Assembly: GCF_009914755.1 (NCBI RefSeq)
Contig: NC_060940.1
Reading direction: 5' to 3' (one strand)
Source: the human T2T-CHM13v2.0 reference genome, Homo sapiens
DNA length: 64,000 nucleotides
The translations under genes and the position numbers were made by a program. Positions 1 through 12,492 of this stretch are shown here, piece by piece (the stretch's first letter is position 1; the number at the start of each line of letters is the position of its first letter). The notes under the pieces were generated by a model that worked only from the letters and a program-made list of their open reading frames with translations, had not been told where the DNA came from and ran no database searches.

Positions 1-360
1 TGAATCCATTTGATGATGATTCCATTAGATTCCATTTGATGATTCCATTCGATTCCATTTGACGATGATTCCATTCGATTCCATTTGATGATTCCATTCT
101 ATTCTATTCGATGATGATTCCATTCGATTCCATTTGATGATGATTGGATTCGATTCCATTTGATGATTTCATTTGATTCCATTCGTTAATGATTTCGATC
201 AACTCCATTCGATGATTCCATTTGATTCCATTCTATAATGATTACATCCGAGTCCATTCGATGATTCCATTTGAGCCCGTTCGATAATTCCATTTGAGTC
301 CAATCAATGATTCCATTCATTTCCATTCAATGATTCCATTCGAGTCCATTTGATCATTCT

Positions 361-3300
361 GGTAGGGTCCGTTCGATGTTGATTCCATTGGAGTGCATTC
401 GATGATTGCATTCGAGTCCATTTTAGGATTTGATTCGAGTCCTTTCGATGATTCCATTCGATTCCACTCGATGATGATTTCATTCGAGTCCATTCGACAC
501 TTCCAATCGATTCCATTTGATGTTTCCATTCGAGTCCAATTGATGATTCCATTCAATTCCATTCGATGATGATTCCGTACGATTCCATTCTGTGATGATT
601 CCATGTGATTGCATTCAATGATGATTCCTTTAGATTGCATTCGATTGTGATTCATTTCGTCTTCATTCTATGGTTCCACAGGTTTCCATTCGTGTCCATT
701 CCATTATTCCATTCTATTCCATTTGGTGATGATTCCATTCGATTCCATTCATTGGTGATTCCACTCAATTCCATTCAATGATTCCATTCCATTTCTTTCA
801 ACAATGATTCCATTAGTTTCTAATCGATGATCCACTTGATTCCATTTGACGACGATTCCATTCTTGTCCATTCGATGATTCCATTTGATTCCATATGATG
901 ATGATTCCATTCGATTCCATACCATGATGATTCCATTCGAGTCCATTCAATGGTGATTCCATTCAATTCCATTCGATGATTCCTTTCGATTCCATTCGAT
1001 GATGATGGCATTCGATTCCTTTCAATCATTCCCTTTGATTCCATTCAAAGGTGATTTCATTCAAGTCCATTCGATAATTGCATTCGATTCCATTCTATGA
1101 TGATTCCATTCGAGTCCATTTGATGATTCCATTCAATTCAAGTCAATGATGATTCCATTCGATTCCATTCGATGATTCCATTGGATTCCATTCGATGATG
1201 ATTCCATTCAAATCCATTCGATAATTCAATTCAAGTCCATTCGATGATGATTAAAATCGAATCCATTCAAAGATTCCATTCAGTTCCATTCGATGATTCC
1301 CTTAGATTCCATTCGATGATTCCACTTGATTGCATTTACGATGATTCCATTCGATTCCATGTGATGATTCCATTCAATACTATTCAATGCTGTTTCCATT
1401 TGATTCCATTCGACCATGATTGCCTTTGATTCCATTCAATGACTCCATTCGGTTCCTTTTGATGATGATTCCGTTCGATTCCATTTGATGATTCCATTTG
1501 ATTCCATTGGATGAGTCCATTCGATTACATTCGATGATTATTCCATTCGAGTGCATTAGATGATTCCATTCGAGTCCATTCGATGATTCCATTCGATTCC
1601 ATTCGATGTTGATTCTGTTCAAATCCATTCGATGATTCCACTCGATTCCATTCGATGACTCCAGTTGATCCCATTCGATGATTTCCTTTGATTCCCTTTG
1701 ATGATCATTCCATTTGATTCAATTCGGTGATTTCATTTGATTCCATTCAGTGATGTTTCCATTCGACTCCATTCGATGATGATTCCATTCGACTCCATTC
1801 GATTATGATTTCATTCAATTCCATTCGATAATGATTCCCTTCAAGTCCATTCGATGATTCCATTCGATTCCATTCAACGATGATTTGATTCGTGTCCATT
1901 CGATGATTCCATTTGATTCCACTTGATGATGATTCCATTCGAGTCCATTTGATGATTCCATTCAATTCCATACTCCGATGATTTCTTTTGAGCCCACTCA
2001 ATGCTTCCACTCGATTCCATATGATGATGACTCCATTCGATGAAATTCGATGATGATTCCATTCGCTTGCTTTCGATGATGATTCCACTTGAGTCTGTTA
2101 GAAGATTCTATTCAATTACATTCCATGACGATTCCGTTCGAGTCCATTTGATGATTCCATTAGACTCCATTCGACGATGATTCCATTCGATGTTATTCGA
2201 TGATTCCATTCGATCTCATTCGATGATGATTCCATTCAACTCCATTCGATGTTTCCATTCGAGTTCATTCTATTTTTCCATTAGATTCCATTCGATGATG
2301 ATTCCATTCGATTCCATTTGATGATTGCATTCTATTTCATTTGATGATGATTCCATTCGAGTCTACTCGATGATTCCATTCGAGTCCATTTAATGAATCC
2401 ATTGGTTTCAATTCTATGATGATTACATTGGATTCCATTCGTTGATGATTTCATTCGGTTCCATTCAATGATGATTCTATTCAATTCCTTTCAATGTTTC
2501 CATTCAATTCCATACGATGATGATTCCATTTGATTTGTTTCGACAGTGAGCCATTCGATTCAATTCCATGATGATTCTATTTGATTCCATTGGTTGACAT
2601 TTCCATTCGATTCCATTCGATGATGATTCCCTTTGATTCCATTCAAAGATGATTCCATTCTAGCCCATTCAATCATTCCATTCGATTCTATTCAATGATG
2701 ATTCCATTCATGTCGATTTGGTGATTCCATTTGACTTCATTTGATGATGATTCCTTTCAAGTTCATTAGATGATTCCATTCGATTCCATTTGATGATGAT
2801 CCCATTCGAGTCCATTCAGTGATTCCATTCGTTTCCATTCCATGATGATTCCATTCCATTCCATGCAATGATTCCATTCGATTCCGTTTGATGATGATTT
2901 CATTCGAGTCCATTTGATGATTCCATTTGATTCCATTCGATGATGATTCCATTCGAGTCCATTCGATGATTCTATTCGAATCCATTTGATGATTTCTTTT
3001 GATTATAGTTGGTGATGATTCCATTGGAGTCCATTCAATGATTCCATTCGATTCCAATCGATGGTGATTCCATTAGAGTCCATTTAATGATTCCATTTGA
3101 TTCCAGTCTCTGATGATTACATTCGAGTCCATACGATGATTCCACTCAATTCCATATGATGATGATTCCATTCGATTCCATTCGATGATTCCATTCTATT
3201 CTATTCAATGGTGATTCCATTCGAGTACATTAGATGATTCCATTCGATTCCATTCAATGATGATTCTATTTGTGTCCCTTAGATGATTCCACATGATTCC

Positions 3301-6300
3301 ATTAGATGACGATACTATTTCAGCCCATCCAATGATTCCCTTCGATTCCATTCGATGAGGATTCCATTCGATTCAATTCATTGGTGATTCTATTCAATTC
3401 AATTCTTTGATTCCATTCCATTCCATTCGACAATGATTCCATTCGATTTCTTTCGATGATTCCACTCGATTCCACTTGACATTGATTCCCTTCGATTCCG
3501 TTCAATGATTCCATTTGATTCCAGTGGACGATGATTGCCATCGATTCCATTCGATCACTCCATTCTATTCCATTTGATGATGATTACATTCGATTCCATT
3601 TGACGATTCCATCTGATTCTATTCGAGGATTCCATTTGATTCCATTCGATGATGATTCCATTCGAGTCCATTCGATGATTTCATTCGAGTACATCCAATG
3701 ATTCCATTCGAGTCCATTTGATGATTCCGTTTGATTCCATTTGATAATGATTCTACTAGAGTCCATTCAATGACTCCATTCGAGTCCATTCAACAATTCC
3801 ATTCGACTCCATTTGATGATTCCATTCGATTCCATTTGATGATTCCATTCGAGTCCATTTAATCATTACAGTCGAGTCCATTTGGTGATTCCACCGGATT
3901 TCTTTTGATAATGATACCATTCAATTACATTTGATGATGATCCCATTCAATTTCATTTGATGATGATTCCATTAGAGTCCATTCGATGATTTCATTCGAG
4001 TCCCTTCATTGATTCCATCCGATTTCATTGGATGATGACTCCATTCGAGTCCATTCGATGATTCCACTCGATTCCATTAGATGATTCCATTGGAGTCCAT
4101 TTGATTGTTCCATTCGATTCTATTCGATTCCTTTCGAAGATTATTCCATTTGAGTCCATTCGATGATGATTCCATTCCATTCCATTCGATGATTCCGTTT
4201 GATTCCATTCGATGATTCCCTTCGATTCCTTTCTTTGATGATTCCATTCCATTCCATTCAATGATTCCATTCGAATCTATTCCATGATGATTCCTTTCGA
4301 TTCCATTCGCTGATGTTTCCGTTCAATTCCATTCGATGATGATTCCATTCGATTCCATTCATTGAGGATTCCATTTGATTCCATTCAATGATGATTCCAT
4401 TCTATTCCATTCAATGATTGCATTCAATTCCATTCAATGATTATCCCATTAGAGTAAACTCAAAGATTCCATTCAATACCATTCGATGATGATTCCTTTT
4501 GAGTCCATTCAATGATTTCATTCAAGTCCATTTGATGATTCCTTTCAATTCCATTCTATGATGATTCCATTCGAGTCCATTCGATGATTCCATTCGATTG
4601 CATTCGATGATTCCATTATATTCCATTCAACGATGATTCCATTCGAGTCCATTCGATGATTCCATTAGAGTACATTTAATGATTGCTTTGTTTTCAATTC
4701 GAAGATGATTACATTGGATTCCATTCTATGATACCATTCGATTCCATTCAATGATGATTCCACTAAAATCCATTGGATGAATCCATTCGTGTCCATTCGG
4801 TGATTTCATTAGATTCCATTCGAGGATGATTCCATTTGATTCCATTCGATGATTCCATTCAATTCTATTCGATGATGATTCCATTCCAGTCCATATGATC
4901 ATTCCATTTGATTTCATTCGATGATGATTCCATTCGATTCCATTCGATGATTCCATTCTATTCCATTCGATGATGATTCCATTCGAGTCCATTCGATGAT
5001 TCCATTCGAGTCCATTTAATGATTCCATTGGGTTCAATTCAATGATGATTACATTGGATTCCGTTCTATGATTCCATTCAATTCCGTTCATTGACAATTT
5101 GATTCCATTCGATGATGATTCCATTTGAGTTCATTCGATGATTCTATTCGATTCTCTTCGATGGTGATTCAATTCTATTATATTGGATGATTCCATTCGA
5201 TTCCATTTGATGTTGATTCAATTCGATTCTATTCGATGATGATTCCATTGGATTTCACTTGATGATTCTATTCGATTCCATTCAATGATGATTCACTTCT
5301 CGTCCATTGGATGATTCCATTTCATTCCATTCGATGATGATTCCATTCGATTCCATTCGATGATTCCATTTGATTCCATGCGACGGTGAGCAATTCGATT
5401 CAATTCCATGATGATTCTATTTGATTCAATTAGATGATGTTTCCATTCGAATCCATTCCATGATTATTCCATTGGAATCCATTTGGCGATGATTCCATAT
5501 GAGTCAATTCAATGATGATTCCATATGGGTCCGTTCGATGATAATTCCATTTGATTTCATTCGATGCTTCTATTCTATTCCAGTCGATGATGATTCCGTT
5601 GGAGTCCATACGATGATTCCATTTGATTTCATTTGATGATGATTCCATTCGATGATGATTACATTGGATTCCATTCTATGATTCCATTCAATTCCATTCG
5701 TTGATGATTCGATTCCATTCAATGATGATTCCATTTGAGTTCATTCGATGATTCTATTCGATTCCGTTCGATGGTGATTCAATTCTATTATATTGGATGA
5801 TTCCACTCGATTCCATTTGATGATTATTCCATTGGAGTCCACTTAGTGAATCCTTTAGATTCTACTCGAAGATGATTCCATTCGAGTCCATTCAATGATA
5901 CCATTCAATTTCATTCGTTGATGCTTCCATTCAAGTGCATTCGATGATATCATTCGATTCCATTTGATGATAATTCCATTTGATTCCATGCGATGATTCT
6001 ATTCGATTCCATTCAATGATAATTCCATTCAATTCAGTGATTCCTCTGGAATCCATTTGATGATGATTCCATTCAATGATTCCATTCGATTCTATTCCAA
6101 AATGATTCCATTTGAATCCATTTGATGATGATTCCATTAGATTCCATTTGATGATTCCATTCGATTGCATTTGACGATGATTCCATTCGATTCCATTTGA
6201 TGATCCCATTCTATTCTATTCGATGATGATTCCATTCGATTCCATTTGATGATGATTGGATTCGATTCCATTTGATGATTTCATTTGATTCCATTCGTTA

Positions 6301-6472
6301 ATGATTTCGATCAACTCCATTCGATGATTCCATTTGATTCCATTCGATAATGATTACATCCGAGTCCATTCGATGATTCCATTTGAGCCCGTTCGATAAT
6401 TGCATTTGAGTCCAATCAATGATTCCATTCATTTCCATTCAATGATTCCATTCGAGTCCATTTGATCATTCC
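361..6472 (+). repeat. Canonical 6112-bp higher-order unit (unit 1)
   Basis: GGTAGGG landmark at 361 and 6473; ORF landmarks shift by 6112 (552 to 6664). Confidence 0.93.
5422..5432 (-). promoter_or_regulatory. Putative DUX4 binding motif TAATTGAATCA
   Basis: + strand TGATTCAATTA; reverse complement matches the DUX4 consensus TAAYBBAATCA. DUX4 is known to bind and activate HSATII; binding at this site is inferred. Confidence 0.6.
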
Positions 6473-9400
6473 GGTAGGGTCCGTTCGATGTTGATTCCAT
6501 TGGAGTGCATTCGATGATTCCATTCGAGTCCATTTTATGATTTGATTCGAGTCCTTTCGATGATTCCATTCGATTCCACTCGATGATGATTTCATTCGAG
6601 TCCATTCGACACTTCCAATCGATTCCATTTGATGTTTCCATTCGAGTCCAATTGATGATTCCATTCAATTCCATTCGATGATGATTCCGTACGATTCCAT
6701 TCTGTGATGATTCCATGTGATTGCATTCCATGATGATTCCTTTCGATTGCATTCGATTATGATTCATTTCGTGTTCATTCTATGGTTCCACAGGTTTCCA
6801 TTCGATGACGTTTCCGTTCGTGTCCATTCCATTATTCCATTCTATTTCATTTGATGATGATTCCATTCGATTCCATTCATTGGTGATTCCACTCAATTCC
6901 ATTCAATGATTCCATTCCATTTCTTTCAACAATGATTCCATTAGTTTCTATTCGATGATCCACTTGATTCCATTTGGCGATGATTCCATTCGTGTCCATT
7001 CGATGATTCCATTTGATTCCATATGATGATGATTCCATTCGATTCCATACCATGATGATTCCATTCGAGTCCATTCAATGGTGATTCCATTCAATTCCAT
7101 TCGATGATTCCTTCCGATTCCATTCGATGATGATGGCATTCGATTCCTTTCAATCATTCCCTTTGATTCCATTCAAAGGTGATTTCATTCAAGTCCATTC
7201 GATAATTGCATTCGATTCCATTCTATGATGATTCCATTCGAGTCCATTTGATGATTCCATTCAATTCAAGTCAATGATGATTCCATTCAATTCCACTCGA
7301 TGATTCCATTGGATTCCATTCGATGATGATTCCATTCAAATCCATTCGATAATTCAATTCAAGTCCATTCGATGATGATTCCAATCGAATCCATTCAAAG
7401 ATTCCATTCAATTCCATTCGATGATGATTCCCTTAGATTCCATTCGATGATTCCACTTGATTCCATTTACGATGATTCCATTCGATTCCATGTGATGAAT
7501 CCATTCAATTCTATTCAATGATGTTTCCATTTGATTCCATTGGACCATGATTGCCTTTGATTCCATTCAATGATTCCATTCGGTTCCATTTGATGATGAT
7601 TCCGTTCGATTCCATTTCATTATTCCATTTAATTCCATTGGATGAGTCCATTCGATTACATTCGATGATTATTCCATTCGAGTGCATTAGATGATTGCAT
7701 TCGAGTCCATTCGATGATTCCATTCGATTCCATTCGATGTTGATTCTGTTCAAATCCATTCGATGATTCCACTCGATTCCATTCGATGACTCCATTTGAT
7801 CCCATTCGATGATTTCCTGTGATTCCCTTTGATGATCATTCTATTTGATTCAATTCGGTGATTTCATTTCATTCCATTCAGTGATGTTTCCATTCGACTG
7901 TATTCGATGATGATTCCATTCGACTCCATTCGATTATGATTTCATTCAATTCCATTCAATAATGATTCCCTTCGAGTCCATTCGATGATTCCATTCGATT
8001 CCATTCAACGATGATTTGATTCGTTTCCATTCGATGATTCTATTTGATTCCACTTGATGATGATTCCATTCGAGTCCATTTGATGATTCCATTCGAGTCT
8101 ATTTATGTATTATATTCGTGTCCACTTCATGATTCCATTCAATTCCATTTAATGTTGATTCCATTTGATTCCATTTGATGATTCAGTTCGATTCCTTGCA
8201 ATGATTCCCTACGATTCCTTTCTCTGATGATTCCATTCGATTCCATTCATTGATGATTTCATTCGACTCCATTCGATGATGATTCCTTTCGATTCCATTT
8301 GACGATGTTTCCATTCGAGTCCATTCGATGATGATTCTATTCAATTCTGTTCTATTATGATTCCATTCGATTTCATTCAATGTTTCTATTTGATTCTATT
8401 CGATGATGATTCCATCTCTTTCCCTTCGATGATTCCTTTTGATTCCATTCAGTGATGATTCCATTTGATTCCATCTGATGATGATTTCACTTGATTCCTT
8501 TCAATGATGATTCAATTCAAGTCCATTCGATGATTCCATTGGAGTCCAAACGATCATTCCGTTCGATTCCATTCAATGGTGATTCCATTCATGTCCATTC
8601 GATGAATCCATTCAATTCCATTCGATGATGACTCCATTCGAGTACATTCGATGATTCCATTTGATTCCATTTGAAGATGATTCCATTCAATTCCATTCGA
8701 AGATGATTCCATTCAATTCCATTCGATGATGATTCCGTATGAATCCATTCTCTGATTATTCCATTCGATTCCATTCATTGACGATTCCATTCAATTCCAT
8801 TCAATGATGATTCTCTTCTATTCCATTCGATGATTCCGGTCGATTCCATTCGATGATGATTCCATTAGATTCCATTCGATTGTTGCATTCGATTCCCTTC
8901 GATGATGATTCCTTTGAATTCCATTCGATTATCATTCCGTATGAATCCATTTGATGATTATTCCATTGGATTCCTTTCGATGATGATTCCATTCGAGTCC
9001 ATTCGATGATTCTATTCGAATCCATTTGATGATTTCTTTTGATTATAGTTGTTGATGATTCCTTTGGAGTCCATTCCATGATTCCATTCGATTCCAATCG
9101 ATGATGATTCCATTAGTGTCCATTTAATGATTCCATTTGATTCCAGTCTCTGATGATTACATTCGAGTCCATACGATGATTCCACTCAATTCCATATGAT
9201 GATGATTCCATTCGATTCCATTCGATGATTCCATTCTATTCTATTCAATGGTGATTCCATTCGAGTACATTAGATGATTCCATTCGATTCCATTCAATGA
9301 TGATTCTATTTGTGTCCCTTACATGGTTCCACATGATTCCATTAGATGATGATACTATTTGAGCCCATCCAATGATTCCCTTCGATTCCATTCGATGAGG

Positions 9401-12400
9401 ATTCCATTCGATTCAATTCATTGGTGATTCTATTCAATTCAATTCTTTGATTCCATTCCATTCCATTCGACAATGATTCCATTCGATTTCTTTCGATGAT
9501 TCCACTCGATTCCACTTGACATTGATTCCATTCGATTCCATTCAATGATTCCGTTTGATTCCAGTGGATGATGATTGCCATCGATTCCATTCGATCACTC
9601 CATTCTATTCCATTTGATGATGATTACATTCGATTCCATTTGATGATTCCATCTGATTCTATTCGAGGATTCCATTTGATTCCATTCGATGATGATTCCA
9701 TTTGAGTCCATTCGATGATTTCATTCGAGTACATCCAATGATTCCATTCGAGTCCATTTGATGATTCCATTTGATTCCATTTGATTATGATTCTACTAGA
9801 GTCCATTCAATGACTCCATTCGAATCCATTCAACAATTCCATTCGAGTCCATTCGAAGATTCCATTTCATGATTCCATTCGAGTCCACTTAATCATTACA
9901 GTCGAGTCCGTTTGGTGATTCCACTGGATTTCTTTTGATAATGATACCATTCCATTACATTTGATGATGATCCCATTCAATTTCATTTGATGATGATTCC
10001 ATTAGAGTCCATTCAATGATTTCATTCGAGTCCCTTCATTGATTCCATACGATTTCATTGGATGATGACTCCATTCGAGTCCATTCGATGATTCCACTCG
10101 ATTCCATTAGATGATTCCATTGGAGTCCATTTGATTGTTCCATTCGATTCCATTCAATTCCTTTCGAAGATTATTCCATTTGAGTCCATTCGACGATGAT
10201 TCCATTCCATTCCATTCGATGATTCCGTTTGATTCCATTCGATGATTCCCTTTGATTCCTTTCTATGATGATTCCATTCCATTCCATTCAATGATTCCAT
10301 TCGAATCTATTCCATGATGATTCCTTTCGATTCCATTCGCTGATGTTTCCGTTCAATTCCATTCGATGATGATTCCATTCGATTCCATTCATTGAGGATT
10401 CCATTGGATTCCATTCAATGATGATTCCATTCTATTCCATTCAATGATTGCATTCAATTCCATTCAATGATTATCCCCTTAGAGTAAACTCAACGATTCC
10501 ATTCAATACCATTCGATGATGATTCCTTTTGAGTCCATTCAATGATTTCATTCAAGTCCATTTGATGATTCCTTTCAATTCCATTCTATGATGATTCCAT
10601 TCGAGTCCATTCGATGATTCCATTCGATTGCATTCGATGATTCCCTTATATTCCATTCAACGATGATTCCATTCGAGTCCATTCGATGATTCCATTAGAG
10701 TACATTTAATGATTGCTTTGTTTTCAATTCGAAGATGATTACATTGGATTCCATTCTTTGATACCATTCGATTCCATTCAATGATGATTCCACTCAAATC
10801 CATTGGATGATTCCATTCGTGTCCATTCGGTGATTTCATTAGATTCTATTCGAGGATGATTCCATTCGATGATTCCATTCAATTCCATTCGATGATGATT
10901 CCATTCCAGTCCATATGATCATTCCATTTGATTTCATTCGATGATGATTCCATTCGATTCCATTCGACGATTCCATTCTATTCCATTCGAGGATGATTCC
11001 ATTCGAGTCCATTCGATCATTCCATTCGAGTCCATTTAATGATTCCATTGGGTTCAATTTAATGATGATTACATTGGATTCCGTTCTATGATTCCATTCA
11101 ATTCCGTTCATTGACAATTTGATTCCATTCGATGATGATTCCATTTGAGTTCATTCGATGATTCTATTCGATTCTCTTCGATGGTGATTCAATTCTATTA
11201 TATTGGATGATTCCATTCGATTCCATTTGATGTTGATTCAATTCGATTCTATTCGATGATGATTCCATTGGATTTCACTTGATGATTCTATTCGATTCCA
11301 TTCAATGATGATTCACTTCTCGTCCATTGGATGATTCCATTTCATTCCATTCGATGATGATTCCATTCGATTCCATTCGATGATTCCATTTGATTCCATG
11401 CGACGGTGAGCAATTCGATTCAATTCCATGATGATTCTATTTGATTCAATTAGATGATGTTTCCATTCGAATCCATTCCATGATTATTCCATTGGAATCC
11501 ATTCGGCGATGATTCCATATGAGTCAATTCAATGATGATTCCTTATGGGTCCGTTCGATGATAATTCCATTTGATTTCATTCGATGCTTCTATTCTATTC
11601 CAGTCGATGATGATTCCGTTGGAGTCCATACGATGATTCCATTTGATTTCATTTCATGATGATTCCATTCGATGACGATTACATTGGATTCCATTCTATG
11701 ATTCCATTCAATTCCATTCGTTGATGATTCGATTCCATTCAATGATGATTCCATTTGAGTTCATTCGATGATTCTATTCGATTCCATTCTATGGTGATTC
11801 AATTCCCTTATATTGGATGATTCGACTCGATTCCATTGGATGATTATTCCATTGGAGTCCACTTAGTGAATCCTTTAGATTCTACTCGACGATGATTCCA
11901 TTCGAGTCCATTCGATGATACCATTCAATTCCATTCGCTGATGCTTCCATTCAAGTGCATTCGATGATATCATTCGATTCCATTTGATGATAATTCCATT
12001 TGATTCCATGCGATGATTCTATTCGATTCCATTCAATGATAATTCCATTCAGTTCAGTGATTCCTCTGGACTCCATTTGATGATGATTCCATTGAATGAT
12101 TCCATTTGATTCTATTCGAAAATGATTCCATTTGAATCCATTTGATGATGATTCTATTAGATTCCATTTGATGATTCCATTCGATTCCATGCGACGATGA
12201 TTCCATTCGATTCCATTTGATGATTCCATTCTATTCTATTCGATGATGATTCCATTCGATTCCATTCGATGATGATTGGATTCGATTCCATTTGATGATT
12301 TCATTTGATTCCATTCGTTAATGATTTCGATCAATTCCATTCGATGATTCCATTCGATTCCATTCGATAATGATTACATCCGTGTCCATTCAATGATTCC

Positions 12401-12492
12401 ATTTGAGCCTGTTCGATAATTCCATTTGTGTCCAACCAATGATTCCATTCATTTCCATTCAATGATTCCATTCGAGTCCATTTGATCATTCC
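6473..12492 (+). repeat. 6020-bp chimeric variant unit (unit 2) carrying an 881-bp alternative module
   Basis: Landmark spacing 6020 = 6112 +16 (~6801) +3 (~7420) -91 (8095-8975 replaces canonical 1964-2935) -10 (~9860) -10 (~10860). Confidence 0.9.
11442..11452 (-). promoter_or_regulatory. Putative DUX4 binding motif TAATTGAATCA
   Basis: Homologous intact copy of the 5422 motif. Confidence 0.6.

Noticed and set aside
361-370. G-rich GGTAGGGTCC island as a G-quadruplex or regulatory element
   Set aside because: Too few G-tracts; it is explicable as a mutated monomer and was used only as a landmark.
1244-1429. Plus-strand 61-aa ORF (also at 13376 and 18918)
   Set aside because: Chance stop-free stretch created by lineage-specific substitutions; it is not listed as an ORF in the other homologous units.
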